Origin: Verrucomicrobiales bacterium
GTDB lineage: Bacteria; Verrucomicrobiota; Verrucomicrobiia; Verrucomicrobiales; V1-33
Length of the DNA: 64,000 nucleotides
Reading direction: 5' to 3'
Assembly (NCBI GenBank): GCA_028293125.1
Contig: JAQGPJ010000062.1
Coordinates: 2,514-66,513 of the forward strand
Shown here: positions 1 to 9,268 of the stretch, in pieces
How positions within the stretch are numbered: position 1 is the first letter of the stretch
Layout: every line of letters begins with the position of its first letter
Program-made: the position numbers and the translations under genes
Notes under the pieces: generated by a model
Databases searched by the model: none
What the model was told of the DNA's origin: nothing
The model's input: the letters and a program-made list of their open reading frames with translations, nothing else

Positions 1-1325
1 ACCTCCCCCTTCCGGCTGAGAATGGCCTCGAAGGTCTCGCGGTTGGCCTTGCGGTAGCGGAAGGTGCGGCCGATGACCCCATAGCTGGCCTTGAAAAGCT
101 GGCGGATTTTGGGGCTCAGCTTCAGGCGGCGCAGCTGCAGATGCTGGAACAGCCGCATCATGCGGGTGCTGTCCTCCTCAAAGATAGTGTCGTTCTCCGG
201 AAAAATGAACCCGTCCTGGCTGTAAAAACCGTCGAAGGACTCGCGCTTTGGTCCCTTGCGGAGGGCCAGGAAGCTGAAGATGCCATTCTTCTCCTCCACC
301 TTTTCCAGTTCAAAGCGCTCCATGAGCGAGAGATTATGCTGATAGAGATTGCGCGCGTGATGGTAGTAGTCGCGCATGAAGGCCTCGCAGCGCTGCACGA
401 TGCGGCGGCCGGCATAACCCAGATTGGTGGCCACCACGCCCTGGGCGCGGAGCGTCAGGATGTCGGTGGGCCGCTTTTCGGAGTAGTGCAGGTCATTGCG
501 CACCCGCAGCAGGAACTCGTGGGCCTTGATGATCTCCTGTCCGGCGATGCGGGAGAAGATGTTGCCCTGGATCAGCTCCGGCACCGTGCGCACCCCCAGC
601 TTCACATAGGCGCACCACAGGATGTTATGATAGTCGCGCAGCCCGCCGCAGCCGTTTTTGAGGTGCGGCTCCTGGAGATAAACGGTGTTGCTCTGCTTGC
701 TGTGGCGCTCCTTCAAATCATGGGCGCGGAACTCCAGAAACTCCTTGGCTCGCCCATCGATGCACTGCCGCCGGAAGCCGCCGCTGAACTGGTCGAACAA
801 CGCCTGGTCGCCGGTGATGAAGCGGCTCTCGATCAGCGCGGTCTTCGTCTGGTGGTCACTGTTGGCCTGGGCGTAGGTCTCCTTCATTGTGCGCACCGCG
901 TGGCCGATTTTGAACCCCACGTCCCACAGCATATAGAGCACCTTCTCAATCACATCGCGGGTGCGGCTGGACAGCTCCCTGCCTCCCCGCTCCGGATGCA
1001 GGAACAGCAGGTCCACATCACTGCCGGGATTCAGCAGTCCGCGGCCATAGCCGCCGGTGGCCACCAGGGCCACCCGCACCTCGGCGGCGGTTTTTTCGAG
1101 CGAGTTGGCGAAGAGGTTGTGCAGCACCACATCCAGCAGGGTCGCCCGCTGGGCGCAGACGGCCTCCCCGCTTTCCCCCGCCTTGTGCTGCAGGCGGATG
1201 CGGTGCTCCTCCTTCTTCAGGAAGCTGCGGTACTTTTTGATCCGTTCGGCCTGCACCTGGTCCGGCTCATGGACAAGCGCCACCTGGGCATGGGCGCGGA
1301 CTTTTTCCAGATGGCGGACCGGCAT
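1..1325 (-). CDS. glnD: [Protein-PII] uridylyltransferase/uridylyl-removing enzyme GlnD, N-terminal ~441 codons (rest of the gene lies beyond the left window edge)
   Basis: Not in the ORF track because it is open at the window edge. Hand translation of the minus strand from the ATG at 1325-1323 gives MPVRHLEKVRAHAQVALVHEPDQ... It carries the nucleotidyltransferase signature VALVATGGYGRGLLNPGSDVDLLFLH and the downstream EPHLKNGCGGLRDYHNILW motif. The 422-aa plus-strand ORF 141..1409 is its antisense shadow. Confidence 0.85.
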   Translation of the reverse strand, partial: MPVRHLEKVRAHAQVALVHEPDQVQAERIKKYRSFLKKEEHRIRLQHKAGESGEAVCAQRATLLDVVLHNLFANSLEKTAAEVRVALVATGGYGRGLLNPGSDVDLLFLHPERGGRELSSRTRDVIEKVLYMLWDVGFKIGHAVRTMKETYAQANSDHQTKTALIESRFITGDQALFDQFSGGFRRQCIDGRAKEFLEFRAHDLKERHSKQSNTVYLQEPHLKNGCGGLRDYHNILWCAYVKLGVRTVPELIQGNIFSRIAGQEIIKAHEFLLRVRNDLHYSEKRPTDILTLRAQGVVATNLGYAGRRIVQRCEAFMRDYYHHARNLYQHNLSLMERFELEKVEEKNGIFSFLALRKGPKRESFDGFYSQDGFIFPENDTIFEEDSTRMMRLFQHLQLRRLKLSPKIRQLFKASYGVIGRTFRYRKANRETFEAILSRKGE

Positions 1326-1402
1326 GATGAGTTAGGGACTATTCAGGAAAACGTCTGTCCGGGCAGTGCCGGCCGCACGTTCGATGGGTGGGTGCTGCAT
1401 GG

Positions 1403-3271
1403 TCATTGACCTCCGGCCTCACGGGGGCGGGAGACAGAAATGGGGAGCTCCGTCATGAACAGATAGAGATTCCCAAAGGCGGATCCGGCAAGACCCGAGA
1501 AATGACGGAACGGCAGCCCGTCCGTGGCGAACTCCGCCATCCGCTGGGCCTCGACAGGGCCTGAGTTTTCCGGCAGCAGTCCCATCACGCCGTAGAACAT
1601 AATATAGCGGCGCCAGTCAAAGTACTCGCTGCCTGGCTGGGACACGTTTCTCATATCAGTCCAAAGAACCTCCGGCGAAAGGAGGATGGAGTTGATGGAC
1701 TGTCCTTTCTCCTTGCCCAGATCGACCAAGGTCTGGAGCTGCTTGCGGGATTTGGGCAGCCAGATGGAGGTCCGGTTGCCATACCACGCGACCGCCCAGG
1801 GAATGTCGGACACAATTATCTCATCAGGCTTCACCTTGTCCGCATAGCCTTTGATAAGCTGGGGGACATAATTGGGATACTGCACCTTCAGTTGGCTGTC
1901 GATCCGGTTCAGGTCGAGCAGGGAGGGCCCCAGTTTCAGACTGAACGGCAGAATGCTGATGAGCACCGCGAGAATGAAATGGCCATTGCGGACCACCATG
2001 TATTGAATCGGCAGATTCAGGCGGTTCCAGAGCACCGAGAGAAACGCCAAGCCGTAGCCGGTCATCAGGGGAATGAAAAGAATGTGCAGATTGTTGGAAT
2101 CCGTCACCTCCTTGCCGATCGGCTTCAGACCGTAGAGGGTCATGCCGATGACTGCAAAAAACCACATCCCCAGAATCACCCAGCGGAAATCCGCGATTTC
2201 GCGCCGGCGGAAGGGATGCAGCAGGCTCAGGAAGAACAAAGGGGCGGCTACAATGCCGCCAAGATAACCGTAAAGGTCGGTGATCTGGGCCAGGGAGTTG
2301 CTCACGCTCCGGCGCAGGAATCCTTGGAAATTAAGCCCGCCGGCGGTCTGGTCCAGATCCCGGAAGAGCGCCTCCTCGGAGCTGGTGCCGCCCAGCCCCC
2401 CGAAGAAGGTGTACTGGGCCGCGCCCAGCATATGACCGCTGGACCGCTGGTTCAGAATCAGCCAGATCATGGTGATGCCGCCCACAATGCCCATGAGGAT
2501 CGCCGCTTGGACACCGCGGGGATTGAAATACACGGCGCTGAAAATCACCAGACCGATGAAAATCCACAGCGTCAGCCAGTGGGACATGGCCAGAAGCCCG
2601 AAAAACCCGCCGGTCAGGGCAATCCATAGATAAACCTTCCGTCCCGCCGCCTGGGCCTCGATGGCCTTATAGAGAAAGTAGGTCCCGAACGAGAACAGGA
2701 ACAGCATCAGCATCTGCGGCAGGCCGGTCTGCGAGAACCGCCATAAAAGCTCGCTGAACAGCATCAGCAGAGCTGTGACTCCGCCAATGCGGGTATCGAA
2801 AATCCGGGAAATGAGCAGATAGGTGATCCCGATGGACGCCAGCAGGAACACCATGGAGGTGCCGGCGATGAGGTAGTCCGGTGTGTAGATGGCCTGTTTT
2901 TCCCCAAGCTCCCAGGAACTCCGGGCCGTGCCCAGCACCAAGGAGTTCAGCATTGGTCCCAGTGGCGAGAAATAGGTGTCCGGGATGCTTCTGAGATCCA
3001 GCGCAGCGGCCGGCCCCTGGTCCTCCTTCACTTTTTTCTCCACCTGCCGCCATGCGATCGGGCGGATGGAGCGGGTGCTGATGCCGTGGCCGTCCGCGAT
3101 CTCCCTTGCCACCTGCGCCTGCTCAATGCCGCGGGCGGTGGAGAGCCCCCGGAAGTCCAGCCCGAGAAAATAGGCGGTAAGACCGATGAGCATGAGCAGG
3201 AACAGAGCGCGCCGCACCATCATGCCGGCGTCCAGTTCTTTCGGTTCGTTTACGTTTTCGGGAGTGGCCAT
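1403..3271 (-). CDS. Polytopic membrane protein, GT-C-fold (ArnT/PMT-like) glycosyltransferase-like; function tentative
   Basis: 622-aa ORF with about a dozen hydrophobic helices over the first ~420 residues and a ~200-aa soluble C-terminal part. The first loop (GIEQAQVAREIADGHG) resembles the first extracytoplasmic loop of ArnT/PMT-family enzymes but lacks a clear DE motif. Confidence 0.55.
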   Translation of the reverse strand: MATPENVNEPKELDAGMMVRRALFLLMLIGLTAYFLGLDFRGLSTARGIEQAQVAREIADGHGISTRSIRPIAWRQVEKKVKEDQGPAAALDLRSIPDTYFSPLGPMLNSLVLGTARSSWELGEKQAIYTPDYLIAGTSMVFLLASIGITYLLISRIFDTRIGGVTALLMLFSELLWRFSQTGLPQMLMLFLFSFGTYFLYKAIEAQAAGRKVYLWIALTGGFFGLLAMSHWLTLWIFIGLVIFSAVYFNPRGVQAAILMGIVGGITMIWLILNQRSSGHMLGAAQYTFFGGLGGTSSEEALFRDLDQTAGGLNFQGFLRRSVSNSLAQITDLYGYLGGIVAAPLFFLSLLHPFRRREIADFRWVILGMWFFAVIGMTLYGLKPIGKEVTDSNNLHILFIPLMTGYGLAFLSVLWNRLNLPIQYMVVRNGHFILAVLISILPFSLKLGPSLLDLNRIDSQLKVQYPNYVPQLIKGYADKVKPDEIIVSDIPWAVAWYGNRTSIWLPKSRKQLQTLVDLGKEKGQSINSILLSPEVLWTDMRNVSQPGSEYFDWRRYIMFYGVMGLLPENSGPVEAQRMAEFATDGLPFRHFSGLAGSAFGNLYLFMTELPISVSRPREAGGQ

Positions 3272-4001
3272 GGGGAAAATTCGGGGAAACCGGCAGGAAA
3301 AACTCCGGAAGCAGAGTATGGAAAACCCGGCAAGCGCTTAATTTCTCCCTGTGGATGGAGCGCGCAGTATGCACCCTCCCCCACGGGGCGCAATCAATTC
3401 AGCGAGGCATCCCCATCATGCGGGCTGCGCATCAGGCCGGCCCAGGAGGTTTTCCATTCCGCGCGGGCCGGCGCACAGCCGGTTTCTGAATATGCGAAAG
3501 GCGTTTTCATTCCCAAACCCCAGTCAGTCAGGGTTGTAACCAGTGAGGATCATCAAGGGGGGGATCCGACCCTGTTTATGACGGTTACTTTTGGGAGACG
3601 CCACAAACCTGAGGAAATCCCTTGGATGACGGTGAGTCCCTTGGTCAGGGAGCTGAGCCGCCGGGTGTTCACCAACGGCGGCGAAACCATCCCGCTCATT
3701 TCCGAAGTCCGCCGTCTGAGTGAAAAGCTTCCCCCGGCATGAGCATTCTGTCCGATCTTTTGAATCAGGCTGGTATCCTGGCGTGAAGAGACTCTAAAAA
3801 ACCCAAACAGGCAAACCTGCGCCGGGCGGTGTCGTCCGCGTATTATCCATTCTTCCATTTTATCAGTGAGGAGGAGGCCATGGAGGCATGGGGAAGATTG
3901 AAGAACAGTCACTTCGACGCTTTGAGTCTTTTTACCATGGCCATTCTAATTGTGGCCGGGGCTGTCCGCACGGTAGCTTTAAAGAAGGCGGTCAGAGCGC
4001 C

Positions 4002-5462
4002 TCAATCCGGCGCGGCATCCCCATCCTCCGCTCCGGCAAGGTTCAGTTCCTTCAGCTTCCGCTGCAGCGTGCGCCGGCTGATGCCCAGAAGCTTGGCGGC
4101 CTCACTGCGGTTCTGGCGGGTGCGCTGGAGGGCTTCGCCGATCAGACGGATCTCCATGTGCTCTATGCTCAGATCCTGGGGCAGCGGGATGGTGCCTCCG
4201 GAGGCCATGCTGCCGGTGGAAGGCTGTGCCGGCACGGTCGCGCCGATGCCATTGCCGGAGAACGCGGGGCGCGGCATGCGGGGAGCCTCGGCCTCCCCTC
4301 TCAGGGTGGCCGGCAGGTGGCGGAGCATCAGTTTGGCACCGCTGCCCATGACCACCCCGTGCTCGATGGCGGTCCGCAGCTCCCGCACATTGCCGGGCCA
4401 GTTGTAGGCCATCAGCGCCTGCAGGGCCTCGCCGGTGATTTCCCGCACGGGCTTGTGGTTCTCCTTTGCCAGTTCGATCAAAAACGCCTGTGCGAGGACT
4501 GGAATATCCTCCTTGCGCTCCCTCAGGGGAGGCATCCGGATGTTCACCACATTGAGACGGAAATACAGATCCTCACGGAATTTTGCCTCGGCCACCATGG
4601 ATGCCAAGTCCTTGTTGGTGGCGGCCACCACACGGACATCCACTTTGACGGGATTGTTGCCGCCCACGCGCTCGATGGTCCGTTCCCCCAGCGCCCGCAG
4701 CAGCTTCACTTGGGTGCTCTGGTCGATCTCCCCCAGCTCATCCAGAAACAGTGTGCCGCCGCTGGCCTGCTCGAAACGTCCGATCCGCCGCTCCATCGCT
4801 CCTGTGAACGACCCTTTCTCGTGTCCGAAAAGCTCGCTTTCCAGCAACTGGGGAGACAGGGCGGCGCAGTGGACGATCACCAGCTTCGCCTTCGGGCGTC
4901 CGCTCAGATTGTGCACCGCATGGGCCACCAACTCCTTGCCGGTTCCGCTCTCACCCTCAATCAGCACCGTGGCCCGCGTGGGGGCCACTTGGGTGATGGT
5001 TTCAAAAACCCGGCGCATGGATGGCGATTTCCCCAGAATGCGGTCCAGTGAGAACCGCTCCTCGACCTGCCGCTTCAGGGAGGTGTTCTCCTGTTCCAGA
5101 CTGCGGCTGCGCAGCGCGCGTTTGATCAGCAGTTCCAGTGCCTCCAGATTCAGAGGCTTGGTCACGAAATGCCACGCCCCCCGCTTCATGGCCTCCACTG
5201 CGGTGTCCACACTGCCGTAGGCGGTCATCATGATGACCACCGGCGCGTGGGGGATGGCCAGCGCGGCATCGATCAGCTCCATGCCGTCGTCCGCGCCCAG
5301 CCGCAGATCCGTCACCATCACATCCACCCGCTCATTTTTCAGCACCTCCATGGCCTCGGCGCGGTCGGAGGCGATATAGACGTCAAAATCGTCCTCCAGC
5401 GCCATCCGCAAGCCTTCGCGGGTATTCTTCTCATCATCGACAATCAGGACTGTGGCCTCCAT
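4002..5462 (-). CDS. Sigma-54-dependent response regulator (NtrC/AtoC family)
   Basis: Receiver domain (VLIVDDEKN ... VMVTDLRLG). AAA+ sigma-54 interaction module (GESGTGKE Walker A, GSFTGA variant of the GAFTGA loop, LFLDELGE Walker B). C-terminal Fis-type HTH (AAKLLGISRRTLQRKLKE). No histidine kinase gene is adjacent. Confidence 0.9.
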   Translation of the reverse strand: MEATVLIVDDEKNTREGLRMALEDDFDVYIASDRAEAMEVLKNERVDVMVTDLRLGADDGMELIDAALAIPHAPVVIMMTAYGSVDTAVEAMKRGAWHFVTKPLNLEALELLIKRALRSRSLEQENTSLKRQVEERFSLDRILGKSPSMRRVFETITQVAPTRATVLIEGESGTGKELVAHAVHNLSGRPKAKLVIVHCAALSPQLLESELFGHEKGSFTGAMERRIGRFEQASGGTLFLDELGEIDQSTQVKLLRALGERTIERVGGNNPVKVDVRVVAATNKDLASMVAEAKFREDLYFRLNVVNIRMPPLRERKEDIPVLAQAFLIELAKENHKPVREITGEALQALMAYNWPGNVRELRTAIEHGVVMGSGAKLMLRHLPATLRGEAEAPRMPRPAFSGNGIGATVPAQPSTGSMASGGTIPLPQDLSIEHMEIRLIGEALQRTRQNRSEAAKLLGISRRTLQRKLKELNLAGAEDGDAAPD

Positions 5463-5871
5463 TGCAGTCGATCCTGATCAGGATTGCGGGGGATGGCAAG
5501 CGGGGGGAGGGAGTTTTCAGTTTTCAGAGGGAAGAGGTTAAAGGGCTCAGGGCTCAGGAATTTGGAATGTGAGGAGTTTGATTTCAAACAAAGGGGGCCG
5601 TCCACTCCTGCTCGGCTCCTTCCTGGCCGCGAATCCCACCACTCTGTGGACAGCATGAAGTTACGTTTTGATCAGATTCTGCTGAAAAGCGTAATTGAAG
5701 TGGCTGTCATCTTTTTTGGAAAATAAAAGTTATCTTCATCCAAGCGGTCATTTCGGGCGGATTTTTCTTTTGAGGGCTGGCATCTCTCCTTTCTCCTGGC
5801 CTGCGATGCCACCGCCGCCGTCCTCATCCCCATCCTATCCCATCCTTGGTCTAATTTATCTTCCCCCCGTC

Positions 5872-8562
5872 ATGAACCCCCATTCCCCCTGTTCCTGGGT
5901 TTTTTCCGCTGCCGCAGCATGGTGCTGCTTCCTGTTGATGCCGGCAATGAGCCAGGGGCAGGAAACATTGGACCAAGCGCTGGACAATCCGGCGCTGGCC
6001 TGGACAGCAGGCGGCGATGCGGACTGGAAAGTGGTGTCCCAGCCGGATGCCCATGCAGGCTCATCCGTGGCTGAACTGTGGCTGGAGACAACGCCCGGGC
6101 ACAATTACGGCTTCATACTGGGCGAGCCCGTCAGCTGGCTGGAAACCGCCGCCACCGGCCCGGGACTGTTCACGGTCTGGGTGCGGCACAATTACAATCC
6201 CTACACCATGGTGGACCTGAGTGTGGACGGGGTGGTGGGTGAGGAGCATCTCATTTACGGCTACCCCCCCGGGGAGAAGCCCTTCACCGGCTGGTACCGT
6301 CTCACGGCTTATGTGCCGCCGGGGTCCCACCCCGTGAGGCTGACTCACCGTTTTGCGGTGCAAGGCACCCTCTATTTTGACAATCCAAAAGTGCAGGCCG
6401 ACGACGCCCGGGTGCTTTCCCCGCTCGGCACGGAATTTCTGGACGCTTTGGATGTCCCGGCGGGCGGTGGTCAATGGGTGGCAGGCGGCGGTGGGGAGTT
6501 CCATGTGCTGCCGGCGGCGGATGCGCATGACGGAGTGGATGCCCTGGGATCGGATGCCGCGCCTACGGGCTGGGATGACTGGGGTGTCATGGCGCCCTGG
6601 CTTCAGGGGGACATCACCGGGCCGGTGACGCTGTATGGGTGGCAGCGCTCCGCGGGACCCAATGGAAACCCGCCCGCTGGGGAGTGGGAGCACTTTCTTT
6701 TCTTTATCCCGCCCGGCAGCAGCAGGCTCAAGTGGTCCGGCTGGGGAATGGCACTGGATGAGTTCAGGGAGCTGTCCGCGCCGGAAGCCGACCTGAAGGA
6801 TGCACTGGAATCCGGTGGTCTGGTCTTCACGCAGACTGGCGGTGTCTGGAAAGGCGTGCGCACCTGGGCTGCCCCCGACGGCACCGACGCCGCCTGGACC
6901 ACGCTTCCGGCGGAAGGGCAAAGCTCCCTGTCCACAACGGTCGATGGCCCTGCCCTGATGCAGTTTTTTTGGACGGCCCAGTCCATGGCCGGATTCATCC
7001 AGGATGCCCCGGACACAGCCCTTTCCTGCACGGTGGATGGAATTACACTCAAGCTGAACGATGGCTCTTGGAGCGGAGTGCTGCCTGCCGGGCCGCACAC
7101 GATCAAATGGACGGTCACCAGCGAGAAAGCTGCCGGTAAAGCCGCCGCACTCCTGCTTGATCAGGTGCAGGTGACCCCCCTTGCGTCCGTTCCTCTCACC
7201 CAGGCTCTGGACACCACTTCGGAACTGGTCTGGACCACAGGCGGAAAACCGTGGACCGGCGTGGCCAGTTCCAGCTCCCCGGATGGCTTGGATGCTGTGG
7301 TGCCTCCTGTCCCGGCCGCCGGGGAGGTCCCCTGGCTGGAAACGCGGGTGACCGGACCGGGACGCCTGACCTTTCAATGGGCGGGCGTGGAGACCATGCC
7401 ATCATGGTACGATCCCCCCCGCGGCCTGGCGCTTGACCTTGATGGACGCAGGATCATCCATCAAAACACTGCCCAGTCCTGGCCGGTGCTGGAATTGAGC
7501 GCGGGAATGCACACCCTGCGTTGGACAGTTACCGGCACGGACAACCTGCTGCGTCCGCTGATGCTGGATCAGGTGCAATGGACCCCGCAGGAAACTCCGG
7601 TGTGGCTGGAGGCAGTGGAGCAGCCGGCACTCGCCTTTTTCTCCGCCGATGGAAACCTGCTCTCCCTTGAGACTGGCAAAAGTTTCGCGGGCGGCTCCAG
7701 CCTCCGGCTGGCCACCACGGGAGGATGGAATGTCTCCCCCAGGTCCCCCACCCTGCTGGCCATCGCCAATCAGCCAGGATATCTGAGTTTTTATTATCAG
7801 ACATCCCCCAAAGCGAGGCTTTCATCACCTGGCGGGTCCCCGGCGAATGGTGAATGGCACTATTCCTCGGTTTTCCTGGAGCCGGGAGCGCTGACGCTGA
7901 ACTGGACGGTCACCGGGCCGCCTGACGAGCTTGATGATCCGCAGCCTTTCGCCCTGCTGGACAATATTAAATTCCAGCCCACCGCTCAGATCGATCCTGC
8001 CCAGGCGCTGAATCAGCCAGGCTCCTGGCGCACATCGCCCGCCGCCCCATGGATCGGACTGCAGGAACTGGGAGTCTGGAGCGGCAATGGCACCATCGAC
8101 TTCCCCAGCTGGCTGGAGTATGACATTACCGGTCCCGCATTGGTGGCCTTCAACTGGTCGGGACTTGGCCTGGGATTTGGATTGGACGGTCTGCCACCTG
8201 TGTCTGTCGTAAATTATGTCGGCCCGCGCCGTTATTACCGATGGATTCCCGCCGGCAGTCATACTGTGCGCTGGGAGAGCACCTCAGACCGGGCCTCTAT
8301 TTCGGATCTTTATATCGGAGCGGTTTCCGGGGAGGTGACCATCACTCCTTGGGGCACTGATTTTCTGATCCGCGTGCCCCGGCCTGCCGGGCTGCCGGAT
8401 TCGCTGATTTCACTCCAAGCCAATACCGGTGGGCTCAACACTTATTGGAGAACCAACCATCCCACGGTAACCGTTTCCTCCACGGAGGAGGCCATCACGT
8501 ATTTGGTAACTCCGCCCGCCGTGCCGCGCTGCTTTTTCCGTGCTGCTTTCGGTTACCGCTGA
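5872..8562 (+). CDS. Secreted repeat protein of unknown family (six ~130-160-aa modules plus a shared C-terminal module)
   Basis: The track ORF is 5695..8562. I prefer the ATG at 5872 (MNPHSPCSWVFSAAAAWCCFLLMPAMSQGQE, signal-peptide-like). It has a recurrent module: ALDxxxLxWTTGGxxW ... DGxDA ... WLETxVTGPGxLxFxW ... LDG ... GxHTxxW ... LLDxV. Confidence 0.75.
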   Translation: MNPHSPCSWVFSAAAAWCCFLLMPAMSQGQETLDQALDNPALAWTAGGDADWKVVSQPDAHAGSSVAELWLETTPGHNYGFILGEPVSWLETAATGPGLFTVWVRHNYNPYTMVDLSVDGVVGEEHLIYGYPPGEKPFTGWYRLTAYVPPGSHPVRLTHRFAVQGTLYFDNPKVQADDARVLSPLGTEFLDALDVPAGGGQWVAGGGGEFHVLPAADAHDGVDALGSDAAPTGWDDWGVMAPWLQGDITGPVTLYGWQRSAGPNGNPPAGEWEHFLFFIPPGSSRLKWSGWGMALDEFRELSAPEADLKDALESGGLVFTQTGGVWKGVRTWAAPDGTDAAWTTLPAEGQSSLSTTVDGPALMQFFWTAQSMAGFIQDAPDTALSCTVDGITLKLNDGSWSGVLPAGPHTIKWTVTSEKAAGKAAALLLDQVQVTPLASVPLTQALDTTSELVWTTGGKPWTGVASSSSPDGLDAVVPPVPAAGEVPWLETRVTGPGRLTFQWAGVETMPSWYDPPRGLALDLDGRRIIHQNTAQSWPVLELSAGMHTLRWTVTGTDNLLRPLMLDQVQWTPQETPVWLEAVEQPALAFFSADGNLLSLETGKSFAGGSSLRLATTGGWNVSPRSPTLLAIANQPGYLSFYYQTSPKARLSSPGGSPANGEWHYSSVFLEPGALTLNWTVTGPPDELDDPQPFALLDNIKFQPTAQIDPAQALNQPGSWRTSPAAPWIGLQELGVWSGNGTIDFPSWLEYDITGPALVAFNWSGLGLGFGLDGLPPVSVVNYVGPRRYYRWIPAGSHTVRWESTSDRASISDLYIGAVSGEVTITPWGTDFLIRVPRPAGLPDSLISLQANTGGLNTYWRTNHPTVTVSSTEEAITYLVTPPAVPRCFFRAAFGYR

Positions 8563-8785
8563 CTTTTCCGGTGTTTGGGGACCGTTTCCGGAACCCCATC
8601 CGGCGGGGCAGTCTGAAAATTCCCTCACCCGCCGACAGCGGGTGGAACCGCCGCTTGCCAAGCCGGCCGGCCGGGGGAAGGTGAAAGTCCGGCCCTGCCC
8701 GGCATCCTCCGGCTATCCGGGGAAAACTGCCGGTTTTCAGTCTCTGGGCCACGTTTTCCCTTCCATCACTTTTCCCCCCGCCTTC

Positions 8786-9268
8786 ATGAGTTTCCGCCAC
8801 ACCATCCGCCGACGGGTGAACTTTGCGGAGACGGACTTGGCGGGGATTGCCCATTTCTCCAATTTCTTCCGGTGGATGGAGGAGACCGAGCACTCCTTCT
8901 ACCGGTCGCTGGGACTGACGGTGCATTCCGTGGATCAGACCATTGAGGACGGCCGGACCGGCTGGCCCCGCCTGAAGGCCTCAGCGGAATACCGATTGCC
9001 GCTGTATTTTGAGGAGGAGGTCGAGGTCGAGCTGCTGGTCGCCGAGATGCGCTCCAAGGCCATCCGCTACGATCTGCGGTTTTGGAAAAATCCCGATGAT
9101 CCCGCCAAAAAAAAGCTGGCCGCCCGCGGTGAACTGGTGGTGGTGGCCGTGCGTCCGGACGCGCAAACGCGGGAAATACACGCCACGGCGATCCCTAACC
9201 TGTTCCGGGAGCGTATCACGCCTGCTCCGCCTGAACTTCTGACTTCCACTTCAACTACCCTTCCGTGA
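8786..9268 (+). CDS. Acyl-CoA thioesterase, 4HBT/YbgC (hotdog) family
   Basis: From the internal ATG at 8786: MSFRHTIRRRVNFAETDLAGIAHFSNFFRWMEETEHSFYRSLGL matches the YbgC-type hotdog N-terminus. The upstream part of track ORF 8540..9268 looks non-coding. Confidence 0.8.
   Translation: MSFRHTIRRRVNFAETDLAGIAHFSNFFRWMEETEHSFYRSLGLTVHSVDQTIEDGRTGWPRLKASAEYRLPLYFEEEVEVELLVAEMRSKAIRYDLRFWKNPDDPAKKKLAARGELVVVAVRPDAQTREIHATAIPNLFRERITPAPPELLTSTSTTLP

Noticed and set aside
141-1409. 422-aa plus-strand ORF, the longest listed ORF at the left edge
   Set aside because: The protein is a low-complexity Ala/Leu/Gly/His/Gln-rich sequence with no motifs. The opposite strand encodes a clean GlnD N-terminus (GGYGRGLLNPGSDVDLLFLH). 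It is a classic high-GC antisense shadow ORF.
3880-4407. ORF with a strong Shine-Dalgarno-like GAGGAGGAGG 5 nt upstream of the ATG (MEAWGRLKNSHFDALSLFTMAILIVAGAV...)
   Set aside because: It runs ~400 nt antisense into the sigma-54 regulator gene, and its length is set by the lack of stops in GC-rich antisense DNA. Only the first ~35 codons look protein-like, which is insufficient support.
5463-5871. Sigma-54 (-24 GG / -12 GC) promoters near the NtrC-like regulator and upstream of neighbouring genes
   Set aside because: The candidates (e.g. CTGGCATCTCTCCTTTC upstream of 5872, and GGGAGAAATTAAGC on the minus strand upstream of 3271) miss the TTGC element or have wrong spacing. None is convincing by eye, and a PWM scan is needed.
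8660-8760. Possible cobalamin riboswitch (GGGAAGGTGAAAGTCCGG core)
   Set aside because: Only the short core resembles the consensus. In this sequence the GGGAA lies inside the hairpin rather than outside it. I cannot find a B12-box (GCCACTG-type) or the remaining helices, and the downstream genes are not B12-related. It is kept only as a generic structured-leader candidate.
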